A DNA stretch of 63,850 bases, filler included, from Nanobdellota archaeon (GTDB taxonomy: Archaea > Nanobdellota > Nanobdellia > B33-G15), in assembly GCA_003660925.1 (NCBI GenBank). It is 10 parts of 10 records of this genome, joined end to end, with 100 filler letters (N's around TTAATTAATTAA, not from the genome) between each part and the next. Parts side by side here need not be neighbours in the genome. Positions count along the whole stretch, not along the records: positions 43,215 to 49,958 come from QMVD01000040.1; positions 50,059 to 55,369 come from QMVD01000046.1; positions 55,470 to 60,505 come from QMVD01000047.1; 7 more parts are not named here. One strand, 5' to 3'. Below the pieces are notes generated by a model, which saw nothing but the letters and a program-made list of their open reading frames with translations, was not told where the DNA came from and made no database searches. Shown in pieces: positions 47,867 to 57,273 of this stretch. Position 1 is the stretch's first letter, and every line of letters begins with the position of its first letter. Position numbers and translations under genes: made by a program.

Positions 47867-48156
47867 ACGAGCTCCACCTTCTTCGCCCTTTTCCCCTCTT
47901 TAGCTGGGTGCTGTTTCTTGCACTCGGTGCATTCATACCTTATGTCCGTTTTCTTGGTGGTTTTCACGCCATATTTTGCCCCCTTCTCGGGCTTCGGCCT
48001 CGGATATCCTCCATATCCCTTCAGCTTCTCTTTAAACCTCCTCTGCCCCAAAGACAATGCCCCCCTCTTCTTAGAGCTCTTTATTATGATCACCTTGTGT
48101 TCGGTGTACTTCTTACAAAACGGGCAGTACTTCCTCCTCTTTTTCGGCAGCTTCAT
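47863..48156 (-). CDS. rpl44e: 50S ribosomal protein L44e
   Basis: MKLPK...YCPFC..YT.H, GYGG, C.EC.K; start moved to 48156. Confidence 0.95.
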   Translation of the reverse strand: MKLPKKRRKYCPFCKKYTEHKVIIIKSSKKRGALSLGQRRFKEKLKGYGGYPRPKPEKGAKYGVKTTKKTDIRYECTECKKQHPAKEGKRAKKVELV

Positions 48157-48728
48157 TCCAATGCCTCCGCTTTCCCCCTGCTTATGAGCAGCTCTGCCAA
48201 CTCCTCTTCGAGGTTGGCGACATCTTCGCGCTTGAAGGGACCATAGGTCCTGTCCCTCCACGTGAAGGAGGGGATGTCCTCAAGTATCCGCACCATTTTC
48301 TTCCCATGGGGAATCTCTTTTTTAACTTTTTCCCGCTTCTCCTGGGATGAGGATATAGATTCTTTGAATTCCTGCCTGGCGCGCTTCACCGCCTCTAACA
48401 CGCTGAAGAAGAGCTTCTTCTCGTGCTCCAGCATATTGGAAAGGTTGTACGTCGCTCTGTCCTTCTTGGAAGACAACAGGGCGTGAGTCACCACCTTCCT
48501 CTCCCTGGTGAGCATGATGTCATCTATCACCTTCAAGGCGTTCCTCAGCTCTTCCCTGATCCTCTCGTTCATCTCCTTCACGAAGGGGTCTTCTCCTTCT
48601 TTTATCATGGACTTTTTCTCCCTTATGAATTCCTTCACCTTCTCCAGGAAGTCCCCTCCAAGGTCCTGAAGGGCGTGGCTCTCCCTCTCCAACCTCTGAA
48701 ATTTCCTCAGTTCCGAATACGTGATCAT
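48153..48728 (-). CDS. GINS complex subunit (Gins15/51 type)
   Basis: RERKV, E..L, VRILEDIP.F....YGPF..ED; primase-GINS-L44e order. Confidence 0.88.
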   Translation of the reverse strand: MITYSELRKFQRLERESHALQDLGGDFLEKVKEFIREKKSMIKEGEDPFVKEMNERIREELRNALKVIDDIMLTRERKVVTHALLSSKKDRATYNLSNMLEHEKKLFFSVLEAVKRARQEFKESISSSQEKREKVKKEIPHGKKMVRILEDIPSFTWRDRTYGPFKREDVANLEEELAELLISRGKAEALE

Positions 48729-49957
48729 CTCGATTTTCTATACCTTCTCCTGCTTTTAAAACTGTACGTTACAGGGTTTTTTATGCCCTTACAGAGAGGA
48801 TCTGGTTGACACACACCTATGTCCAAGTAATAATTCCTGTTGTCGCAGTTCGGAGGGAGGTAAATGGGGTTCTTCTTGTGCCACTTTAACTGGGAAGCTA
48901 TGTAGTTCTCCCTCAAGGGTTCCTTGTTCCTCTTGTTCCACTCGTAGAGCTCCTTCTCTATGGAATCGAAGTCCCAGCCCAAGGACCTCAGGAAGTTTAT
49001 CAAGATGAAGACACTCCTCTTCCTCCCGTCCTCCAACCCCTTCAGGATGTTCTTTATACACGGGGGAAAAAATTGTTTAGGGATGGCTCTTTTAGGGATC
49101 GATCTCGCCAAGCTCACCTCTCTCTCCTTCATGACCTCATACTCGTATGCTTGGATGAAGAGTTGCTTCGCCTCCCCAGGCCTCCCTCCCTCCATGAAAC
49201 CTTCCTCGACCACCACATTCTCGGGCCTCGCTTGTTCCAACTCAAACTTCATCACGTTCTTTACGGGGATGCTCACGAGCCAAGACTTCTCGTTCAGAGA
49301 ATAAGGCATCCTGAAGAGGTGCCTGCTCGAGATAGCCACGCTGTCTATTGAGATGAGGGAGTATGGGTCAAATTCTTCCTCCTTAACCAAATCCTCGTAC
49401 TTCTTCCCACTCCTCCTCATGAGTTCCTCGAAGCCAAAGGAGTCCAGCAATTCGTCCGAGAGCTTATTCCTTATCATGTCCATCAAGTACTGGGATATCT
49501 TGATGGCTGCCTCAGGGAAGAGCCTGCTTGTGGGTATTCCATTAACCTCTTTCGGAAAGGTCTCGTAGGGTACTATGATGTGCCACCCCGTTCTCCCTGA
49601 GAACTTCACGAAGTAATGCTTCACCTCATGGAACTTAAGGGCTTTTATGAGAAGTCTCGCGCATATCTTCCCGAATTCTAAAAAATTTGTGTCCACATCC
49701 AAGACCAGATCCCACCCAGTCCTTAGCTTGTCCATCTCCTCCTTCCTCATCCCTGGGGTGAGCATCATGGGGTTTATCCACCTCTCCTCGCTCATGTGAA
49801 AGCTCACTGCTCCTTCTCTCACCCACTTCTCCAACTCCTTCTCATACTTCAGGGTCTGAGGTCTCTTCCCAAACCCCCCATCCTTATACCTTGGAACAAC
49901 TTCCCTGTGCTCCGCTAATCTCAACATTTCTTCCCTTATGTCTTTCCTGTGGTAATA
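48725..49957 (-). CDS. Fused DNA primase: PriS catalytic domain plus PriL C-terminal Fe-S domain (5' truncated)
   Basis: DLVLDVD, SGRTGWH, R.PYSLN, then FPPCI...PPNC...C....C; frame open to contig edge. Confidence 0.9.
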   Translation of the reverse strand, partial: YYHRKDIREEMLRLAEHREVVPRYKDGGFGKRPQTLKYEKELEKWVREGAVSFHMSEERWINPMMLTPGMRKEEMDKLRTGWDLVLDVDTNFLEFGKICARLLIKALKFHEVKHYFVKFSGRTGWHIIVPYETFPKEVNGIPTSRLFPEAAIKISQYLMDMIRNKLSDELLDSFGFEELMRRSGKKYEDLVKEEEFDPYSLISIDSVAISSRHLFRMPYSLNEKSWLVSIPVKNVMKFELEQARPENVVVEEGFMEGGRPGEAKQLFIQAYEYEVMKEREVSLARSIPKRAIPKQFFPPCIKNILKGLEDGRKRSVFILINFLRSLGWDFDSIEKELYEWNKRNKEPLRENYIASQLKWHKKNPIYLPPNCDNRNYYLDIGVCQPDPLCKGIKNPVTYSFKSRRRYRKSR

Positions 49958-49958
49958 C

Positions 49959-50058
49959 NNNNNNNNNNNNNNNNNNNNNNNNNNNNNNNNNNNNNNNNNN
50001 NNTTAATTAATTAANNNNNNNNNNNNNNNNNNNNNNNNNNNNNNNNNNNNNNNNNNNN
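49959..50058. other. Artificial contig linker
   Basis: N44-TTAATTAATTAA-N44. Confidence 0.99.
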
Positions 50059-50060
50059 AC

Positions 50061-50744
50061 CTTTCCGGTTTCTACTCCATCCACGGGAGGGTCCTCCCAA
50101 CCGCCTTGGGTATCAAGGTGGGAAATCCAAGGCTCACGGTGATAGGATTCGGTGGTGATGGGGACACTTACGCGGAAGGAATCTCTCACTTCATTCACGC
50201 TTGTAGGTACAACGTGGATATGACCATGATCGTCCACAACAACCAAGTATTTGCCTTAACGACAGGTCAAGCCACCCCTACTACCGAGGAGGGGTTCAAG
50301 GGAAAGTCAACCCCCCTAGGGGTCTTCGAGAAACCACTTAACCCCATAGTCCTCGCCTTGCTGAGTGGTGCGACCTTCGTGGCGAGGGGCTACGCTTTAT
50401 ACGTGGACCATCTCAAGAAGTTGATCAAGGAGGGGATAAAACACAAAGGCTTCGCCTTGATAGACGTCCTACAACCGTGCATAACCTTCCACGACATCAG
50501 GGATTGGTTGGAGAAGAGGATGTATAAGTTGGAGAAAAAAGGGCATGACCCGAAGAGCTTCGAGAAGGCAATGAAGAGGGCCTTGGAATGGGATTACAAT
50601 CTGGAGAGGGGAAACAAGGTCCCAATAGGGATATTCTACCGGGCGAGGGAAAAGACGTATGAGGAACACTGGCCCCAGTTGAGGGCGTGGTACAAGTATG
50701 AGAGAAAGATAAGGGTAAGGGAGGTCCTCAAGGAATTTCTATGA
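50061..50744 (+). CDS. 2-oxoacid:ferredoxin oxidoreductase beta subunit (5' truncated)
   Basis: HGR.LP.A.G, GGDGD TPP motif, NN....LT.GQ..PT, LQPC.TF. Confidence 0.93.
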   Translation, partial: LSGFYSIHGRVLPTALGIKVGNPRLTVIGFGGDGDTYAEGISHFIHACRYNVDMTMIVHNNQVFALTTGQATPTTEEGFKGKSTPLGVFEKPLNPIVLALLSGATFVARGYALYVDHLKKLIKEGIKHKGFALIDVLQPCITFHDIRDWLEKRMYKLEKKGHDPKSFEKAMKRALEWDYNLERGNKVPIGIFYRAREKTYEEHWPQLRAWYKYERKIRVREVLKEFL

Positions 50745-51801
50745 CTTCCGCCTCCTCCAGGGATTTCCCAATGATTTCTTCCATATTTGGTTCCACTCTT
50801 ATGACGTCTTCTAATCTGGGTTTGGTGGCGGGATGCCTCGCCACGATGGAACAGCAATCCTTGTACTTCTTTATAGATATCTCATAAGTCCCTATCTCCT
50901 TCGCCTTCCGGACGATCTCCTCCTTGTCCATGCCTATTAAAGGCCTCAGTACGGGAAGGGATGTCGCCTGTCCCGTCACGTAAATGCTCTCCAAGGTCTG
51001 GGAAGCTACTTGTCCCAAACTCTCTCCTGTGACTATGGCTTTAGCCCCCTCTTTTTTGGCCACTTCCTCTGCCAACTTCATCAAGAACCTCCTGAACACT
51101 ATCAGTTCGTACTTCGGCTCTATCTCTATGGCTTGGAAGTGAAAGTAGGGGATGAAGTAACACTTCAGGGTGGGAGTGTACTCCCCCAACTTCTCCAACA
51201 ACTCCTTCATCTTGAGTTTTAAGGCCTTCTCATTAGTAGGGTAAGGATGAACGTGTAGACATATCACCTCGCATCCCCTTTTCATGGCGTACCAAGTAGC
51301 CACCGGACTATCTATCCCTCCGGAGAGGAGGGAGACCACCTTCCCGCTCACTCCAACTGGGAGACCTCCGAGCCCCTTGATCTTCTCAAAGTACACGTAC
51401 ACCTTGCCTTGAACGATCTCCAAGTATATGCGAACATCGGGGTTCACCATGTCTGCCTTCCACCCCTTCCTGACCAAGATTTCCCCTATCTCCCTGTTCA
51501 CCTCCATGGAGGTAAGAGGAAAGGACTTATCAGCCCTCGTAGTTATGACCTTCATGCTCTTGCCCTTGATAAGCTTCGGGAGCTCTTTCTTCAGCTCTTC
51601 ATATTTGAATTCCATTGCTTCCGCATAATAAGCAATCCCGAAGACTTTATCCAAACCGTCCTTCCCCCATGCTAACAATCTCCCAGGGATTCTTTTCACC
51701 CTCATGCCTGTTTGTTTTCTTATATTCTTCACTAGCTTCTTCTCGAAGAAGGGCCTATTCTTCCCCTTTAAACCTATCTCTCCATAATGGACCAGGAACA
51801 T
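50728..51801 (-). CDS. thiI: tRNA 4-thiouridine synthase ThiI (no rhodanese domain)
   Basis: YGEIGLKG.NR, THUMP, LSGGIDSPV, GESLGQVASQT, RPLIG.DK, DCC. Confidence 0.95.
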   Translation of the reverse strand: MFLVHYGEIGLKGKNRPFFEKKLVKNIRKQTGMRVKRIPGRLLAWGKDGLDKVFGIAYYAEAMEFKYEELKKELPKLIKGKSMKVITTRADKSFPLTSMEVNREIGEILVRKGWKADMVNPDVRIYLEIVQGKVYVYFEKIKGLGGLPVGVSGKVVSLLSGGIDSPVATWYAMKRGCEVICLHVHPYPTNEKALKLKMKELLEKLGEYTPTLKCYFIPYFHFQAIEIEPKYELIVFRRFLMKLAEEVAKKEGAKAIVTGESLGQVASQTLESIYVTGQATSLPVLRPLIGMDKEEIVRKAKEIGTYEISIKKYKDCCSIVARHPATKPRLEDVIRVEPNMEEIIGKSLEEAEVIEIP

Positions 51802-51857
51802 GAGAAGTAAGAGATGTTTGGGGTTTAAAAAACTTCAAAATGAAAAGAAAAGGAAGT

Positions 51858-52292
51858 TTACGGCTTCACGTGTAGGGTAGCGGATACCACGTGGGGTACT
51901 CCTTGCTTGGTGTAACTAACCTGCACATCAATGGAATAGGCACTCGTCGGAAGGGAAAGCCCCGACATATCTACTGTGATCACTTTAAGTTCATTGGCGT
52001 TTATCGTCCCGACTGTGTCATTGTAGGCAGAACCAACCCCAGTGATGGATGCGGTCACGTTACTCACTGTCACAGAGTCAGGTCCTTCCTGAACTGAAAG
52101 GTAGAGTATGCCATTCACTACAGAATGGTCTTGGTAGGTGAAGTCCCCTCCTGCTGGGAAGCACGGACTGCACGTCTGTGGTGCCCCTATCCCGAAGAGA
52201 CCCATCGCATACAACGCACCGATCGCGATCACTATGATCAGTATCGCCCAACCGTACGTCATCAAATATTCCAGAGCAGCTTGTGCCCTCAA
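51858..52292 (-). CDS. Archaeal type IV pilin (probable major pilin)
   Basis: RAQAALEYLMTYGWAIL class III signal; own TATA-like element and SD. Confidence 0.88.
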   Translation of the reverse strand: MRAQAALEYLMTYGWAILIIVIAIGALYAMGLFGIGAPQTCSPCFPAGGDFTYQDHSVVNGILYLSVQEGPDSVTVSNVTASITGVGSAYNDTVGTINANELKVITVDMSGLSLPTSAYSIDVQVSYTKQGVPHVVSATLHVKP

Positions 52293-52338
52293 CTAAATCA
52301 CCTTATGTTGAAAGAAATCGATTTTTTAAATACTTTAC

Positions 52339-53337
52339 TTAAATAGCCATTCCTGAGAGGAGAGAGCTCACCACTTTCCTCACTAAGAAGAAGATCAAGA
52401 AGTTCAACAAGAGGAGGGTGGGGATGTACCTCACGCCTGCCTTTTGACTTCCTTTTTCTATCAGCCCCATGGCAATCCCGCCAAAGAAGCTGGATATGGT
52501 CATGGCTCCTAAGGCAAAATGAACGAAGAACTCTGGGTCCACGTTTATGCTGGAGAACCTTATAGAGGTGAGAAAACTGGGGGCACCTGGAACCGTGACC
52601 TCTGGAAGCTCCACGGTTTTCCCCAATTTTACCATGGTTTCGATCAGGAAGGTAGACATGCCGTATAACAAGGGGGCCCCGAAACCCGCGGCGAAGAATA
52701 TGAATAGTATATAGGCCCTAACATTAGAGCTCACTATCTTCTGAAGGGATTCCATGCTCCTCAAGTCATTAGCTGTTTCCTCCAGCAACTTGGCTATCTC
52801 TCCTCCAGACCTTATACCATCCAGGATGAGCATGATGCTGCTCTCCACCTTCTTTGACTTTATGTTCTCAGATATCGAGCCGAAGGCACTCTCGAAGCTG
52901 TGACCGGACATTATCTTCTTCCCCGCTTTGATTATCTCTTGGGAAAAAGGGCCAAATTCTTCCCTAGCAGAGGACAAGAAAGCTTCATCAGGAGGCATAC
53001 CCGCTCTTATGTTGGAGGCCGTGAGGAGCAGCACATCCGGGAGAACCCTCTCACAAAAACTCGCCCTCTTATCTGCCACGTATATGAGGAGTAGATTGAA
53101 GACTGCCATGGAAAGGAAGAAGGAGAGGAGGGCTCCTACCAAGGACAACAACAAGGTCTCCGAACCCAGGATCTCGAGGATGAAGAAGACCAAGAGAGCG
53201 ATGTTAAGGCTGAAGAAGAAGGTGAACCCCGAGAACTCCCTGGCATCCAGTTCCAGCCCAGCGTATCTCAGGTTTTGTTCCACGCTCTTCGTGTATTTCT
53301 TTGGGAGGAACTTTTCCAAGGAGCTATAGATGCTCAT
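52339..53337 (-). CDS. T2SS F / Tad platform protein
   Basis: LPD.L....NIRAGM, EFG, SGG....LL; start moved to MSIY at 53337. Confidence 0.88.
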   Translation of the reverse strand: MSIYSSLEKFLPKKYTKSVEQNLRYAGLELDAREFSGFTFFFSLNIALLVFFILEILGSETLLLSLVGALLSFFLSMAVFNLLLIYVADKRASFCERVLPDVLLLTASNIRAGMPPDEAFLSSAREEFGPFSQEIIKAGKKIMSGHSFESAFGSISENIKSKKVESSIMLILDGIRSGGEIAKLLEETANDLRSMESLQKIVSSNVRAYILFIFFAAGFGAPLLYGMSTFLIETMVKLGKTVELPEVTVPGAPSFLTSIRFSSINVDPEFFVHFALGAMTISSFFGGIAMGLIEKGSQKAGVRYIPTLLLLNFLIFFLVRKVVSSLLSGMAI

Positions 53338-54215
53338 ACCACTGGCCTCCTTGATTTTATCACTCCTATGAAGAAGAATTGGAATGCGCAGAGGAAGAAG
53401 AGGATGAGGTAGAAGATCCATTCCGAGATGATTATACCCATGAAGGAGCTCATTATGATCAGAAAGGTGATGCCTAAGGTCGGGATGATCACTGTGAGCA
53501 TCATGTACATCACCGCGAAGGGGTTCATTTCGGCCCCATAATTGGCTATCCTTATCTTCTGTTCGTTCACAGCTGTTTCCTCTATAGCTGAAAGAGTGGA
53601 GGCTATGTCAGCTCCGCTTCTCAAGGCATTGGTTATCTGCCATATGGTCCTCCGGAAATACGGGGAGGGGTTCAAGGCCGCTATTTTATCCAAAGCTTCT
53701 GCCTCCGGGACTCCTGTCTGCATCTGTTTTATCGCCTTCTCGAACTCCTTAGAGACCGTGCCATAATCTCCCTCAGACACACCTACCATGGCATCGTACA
53801 ATGGGACTCCCGACCTTACCTTCACCAATAAGTGTCTTATGGCAAAGATGAGGTTCTTATCGAGGTCGTTCACCTTCTTCCTCACGCTTATCTTGGGGTA
53901 GGAAAGGAAGTAAAAGAAACTAAACATCCCAAAGCCCAGGCCACCCAGAAAGGAGAAGAGGAGAGCTTCTTCCAGTCTCAAGATAGAGAAAAGGAGGAGT
54001 AAAGTGAAGAAGACGAGGAAGAAGTTATAGGTAGAGAAGAGGAGGGAGAGCGAGAGATAATCTTCCACATCCAGTTCTATCCCTGCCCTCTTGAGCTCTA
54101 TCTTCAGGGTGGGATAGAATAGTTTCAATCTAGAGGAGATAGGTGAGAGGCGCTTGGCCAGATTTCTCACTTTTTCTGACCTGAAGGGGAGGGGCAAGTT
54201 CTCCACTTTCTTCAC
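53334..54215 (-). CDS. T2SS F / Tad platform protein
   Basis: RSGVPL, YG.VS.EF, NPS..FR..WQ..N..RSG. Confidence 0.88.
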   Translation of the reverse strand: MKKVENLPLPFRSEKVRNLAKRLSPISSRLKLFYPTLKIELKRAGIELDVEDYLSLSLLFSTYNFFLVFFTLLLLFSILRLEEALLFSFLGGLGFGMFSFFYFLSYPKISVRKKVNDLDKNLIFAIRHLLVKVRSGVPLYDAMVGVSEGDYGTVSKEFEKAIKQMQTGVPEAEALDKIAALNPSPYFRRTIWQITNALRSGADIASTLSAIEETAVNEQKIRIANYGAEMNPFAVMYMMLTVIIPTLGITFLIIMSSFMGIIISEWIFYLILFFLCAFQFFFIGVIKSRRPVV

Positions 54216-55369
54216 CCAAAGACCTTTCTCGGATCGGCGTTCTTCTTGACGTGTTTAATTACTTCCTCGGGATGCGCATAGTAAGTGGAAATAATTTTGC
54301 CAAGCATATCTAAGTCGTCTATCCTGTGTTTGAAGATCCAAGTCAGGATCCTCTCCTTCTCCAAGAGGTCCTTCCTCATCTCCTCCTTGGTCATCCCTGT
54401 GTGTAAAGTGAGCTCTTGAGCCAACCTAATGCTCTCGTTTATCTTGGTTATTTTATCTTGCTTGGGAAGCCACTTGTAGATGATGTTCAGCGAGGGTTCC
54501 CTTCTCTCCGGGACGATCTCAGCTATCTCAAAAGCTCTCCTTATCCCTAATCTTCTCTGCCTATACATCACCACTATCAGAGGGAGGGCAGTTATCATGG
54601 AAGGGGGGAGGTTAATGGGAGGTGTGGTCAACCTATCCACGGTCTGGGAGGCCGTGTCCGCGTGTAAGGTGGAGTAAACGCTGTGTCCGGTGTGAAGGGC
54701 TTCGAACAAGACTTCCGCTTCCCTCTGTCTCCTGATCTCCCCCACCACTATCCTATCTGGCCTCATCCTTAATGAGTTTATGAGCAAGTCCAACATGGTC
54801 ACTTCCCCCGTCCCTTCCGAGCTGGGAGGCCTAGTCGTGAGGGGAACCCAGTGGAGGAACTTGGGGAGCTGTATCTCCCTCGTATCCTCTATGCTTATCA
54901 GCCTCTGATTTGGGGGGGTAAAGCTCATGAGAGCGGAGAGGAAGGTGGTCTTACCTGAGGCAGTACCTCCTGATACGATGATGGATATCTCATACTGGAC
55001 CGCTTGCCAAAGCAAGGCTAACAACTCCTTCGACGCGGTCTTGGTGAAGTAGAGGTCTGTTATGGTGATGGGTTTCTTCTTGAATTTTCGTATGGTGAGG
55101 GTGTTCCCCTTGTTTGATATGGGGAAGAGAGTGGCATTCACCCTGTCCCCCGTCAACAGGTGGGCATCCATCAAGGGCGTCAGGATCGTTATCCTCTTCC
55201 CCACTTTTCTTCCTATCAGGCTCGCGTAGTTCTCTATCTTTTCCTCGCTTCCCACCTTCAAGTTCGTCTTCAACCATCCCAAGTCCCTGTGATATACCCA
55301 TATGTTCTCCCTAGAGCTGTTCACTGCCACCTCTTCCAAGTGTTCGTCGTGCAGGAATATCTCTATCTC
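54212..55369 (-). CDS. CpaF/TadA-type pilus assembly ATPase (5' truncated)
   Basis: GGTASGKTT, IEDTRE, LRMRPDR..VGE.R, TGH...T.HA. Confidence 0.93.
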   Translation of the reverse strand, partial: EIEIFLHDEHLEEVAVNSSRENIWVYHRDLGWLKTNLKVGSEEKIENYASLIGRKVGKRITILTPLMDAHLLTGDRVNATLFPISNKGNTLTIRKFKKKPITITDLYFTKTASKELLALLWQAVQYEISIIVSGGTASGKTTFLSALMSFTPPNQRLISIEDTREIQLPKFLHWVPLTTRPPSSEGTGEVTMLDLLINSLRMRPDRIVVGEIRRQREAEVLFEALHTGHSVYSTLHADTASQTVDRLTTPPINLPPSMITALPLIVVMYRQRRLGIRRAFEIAEIVPERREPSLNIIYKWLPKQDKITKINESIRLAQELTLHTGMTKEEMRKDLLEKERILTWIFKHRIDDLDMLGKIISTYYAHPEEVIKHVKKNADPRKVFG

Positions 55370-55469
55370 NNNNNNNNNNNNNNNNNNNNNNNNNNNNNNN
55401 NNNNNNNNNNNNNTTAATTAATTAANNNNNNNNNNNNNNNNNNNNNNNNNNNNNNNNNNNNNNNNNNNN
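55370..55469. other. Artificial contig linker
   Basis: N44-TTAATTAATTAA-N44. Confidence 0.99.
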
Positions 55470-55471
55470 CT

Positions 55472-56290
55472 ATAATGGCGTTGAGGGAATTATGTGATGC
55501 AGAGGTGGATGGTCTGTTCTTGGGGAGCAGGGAGATAAAGTTCGTGCCAGGAGAGCCCAGAAAAAAGAGGATAAAGGTGGAGATACCCACAGCTGGTTCC
55601 ATCACCTTAGCCATGCAGAGCCTCTGGCTCCCCTGTTCCCTCAAAGGGTGTGAGATAGAGTTCGTGGGGGGAGCAACGGACACCAAATGGAGCATGCCCA
55701 TGGATTACGTGAGGTTCGTCTTCCTCCCTCAGGTCAGGAGATTGGGTTTCGAGGCGAAAGTGGAAATCCACAGGAGGGGCTACTACCCAAAGGGTGGTGC
55801 TCACGTCACCTTCAAGATAGGGAAGTGGAAGCCAGAACCCTATGAGTTTGAGAGGGGGGAGTTAAAGGGGATTTTTGGCATATCCTGTTCCTCCATAGAG
55901 GGGGTGGCTGAAAGGCAGAAGAAGGCCGCATTAAGATGTCTAGGAGAGGGAAAGATAGAGGCAGTATACGAGGACGCCCCTTCCCCTGGCTCGAGCATAG
56001 TCATCTGGGCGGATTATGAAAAGACCTTAATAGGAGCTGATGCCCTAGGAGAGAGGGGAAAACCAAGCGAGGTGGTGGGAAGGGAAGCGTGTGAGAGGTT
56101 GCTCTTAGAAATGGAAAGGGGATGGAGCGTGGACGAACACATGGGAGACAATCTAGTTCCGTTCATAGCCTTATCCGGAGGGAGCTTCACGACGGAATTG
56201 TCCATGCATACAAGGACGAGCGTGTGGGTATGTAACTTGTTCGGACTCGATGTCAAGGTGGAGGGACACAAGGTATGGTCAAAGAAGTGA
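55472..56290 (+). CDS. rtcA: RNA 3'-terminal phosphate cyclase (5' truncated)
   Basis: TAGSITL..Q, RGYYPKGG, AERQ, G..SE.VG, DEH..D.L. Confidence 0.9.
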   Translation: MMALRELCDAEVDGLFLGSREIKFVPGEPRKKRIKVEIPTAGSITLAMQSLWLPCSLKGCEIEFVGGATDTKWSMPMDYVRFVFLPQVRRLGFEAKVEIHRRGYYPKGGAHVTFKIGKWKPEPYEFERGELKGIFGISCSSIEGVAERQKKAALRCLGEGKIEAVYEDAPSPGSSIVIWADYEKTLIGADALGERGKPSEVVGREACERLLLEMERGWSVDEHMGDNLVPFIALSGGSFTTELSMHTRTSVWVCNLFGLDVKVEGHKVWSKK

Positions 56291-57273
56291 TCGAGAAGTC
56301 GAGGAGACCGTGTATCATAACCCATAGCGATACCGATGGTGTATGTGCTGCTGCTCTGGTTTTAAAAGAATTCGTGGACAAGAAATTCAAGGTTCTGGTG
56401 GCCTCTCCAAATAGTATGGCCCAGAAGAGGTTTTATCGCCTTGTTCCCAGGGCTGATCTTTACCTAGTTTTAGACCTGCCCTTAGATCAGGTTTGGGAAG
56501 TTGCTAGAAATTTTCTGAAGGGAAAGATCATCGTGATGGACCACCACAAGCCTCAGAGAAATCTGAACAAAGAAGGGGTGACTCACATAAACCCTTTGTT
56601 TAGGGGAAGCAAATACTATCCAGCTTCGAAGCTCGTCCACGACGTCTTAGATTCAACTCATCATTGGATTGCTGCCATAGGGATAGTCGGGGATATGGGG
56701 GTGAGGGAGTGGAAGGATTTCTTGAAAGGTTTTGACATGAAGTCCTTGGAAGAGGCGGACAAACTCATAGGTTCCGCCATGATCTATAAGGGGGAGAAAG
56801 GGGCGCTAAAGGCCATAAGGCTCGTGAGCGAGGCTAGTTCCATAGAGGATCTCCTCAATAACAAAACCTTGAGGTCGTGGAAGGAGAAAGTAGATAGGTA
56901 CTTGAAGTTCTTGGTGGAGGAGTTCGAGAGAAAGGCGGAAAAGATAGACGACATAGCTTTCTACGAGATAAGGCCAAAATACAGGATAGGGTCCGCGCTC
57001 GCCAGCGTCCTGAGCTTGAAGTATCCTCACCTAACGATCGTGATCATAAATAAGAAAGATGGTGTGGCGAACATAAACTTCAGAAGACAGGACGGGAGAC
57101 ATGATATGGAGAAGTTAGCGAGGTACTCGACTCAAGGAATGGGAACGGGTGGGGGCCACGAGAGGGCGGCAGGAGGGAGCATAAGGTTAAGCGGGTTAGA
57201 GGAGTTCAAAAGACGAGTAGTTCAATACCTAAGAGGAGGGAGGCGAGCAGGGTGTAAATCAGAGTTTCCTTGA
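56275..57273 (+). CDS. DHH family phosphoesterase (RecJ/NrnA-like, DHHA1)
   Basis: HSDTDG, DHH, GGGHERAAG. Confidence 0.9.
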   Translation: MVKEVIEKSRRPCIITHSDTDGVCAAALVLKEFVDKKFKVLVASPNSMAQKRFYRLVPRADLYLVLDLPLDQVWEVARNFLKGKIIVMDHHKPQRNLNKEGVTHINPLFRGSKYYPASKLVHDVLDSTHHWIAAIGIVGDMGVREWKDFLKGFDMKSLEEADKLIGSAMIYKGEKGALKAIRLVSEASSIEDLLNNKTLRSWKEKVDRYLKFLVEEFERKAEKIDDIAFYEIRPKYRIGSALASVLSLKYPHLTIVIINKKDGVANINFRRQDGRHDMEKLARYSTQGMGTGGGHERAAGGSIRLSGLEEFKRRVVQYLRGGRRAGCKSEFP

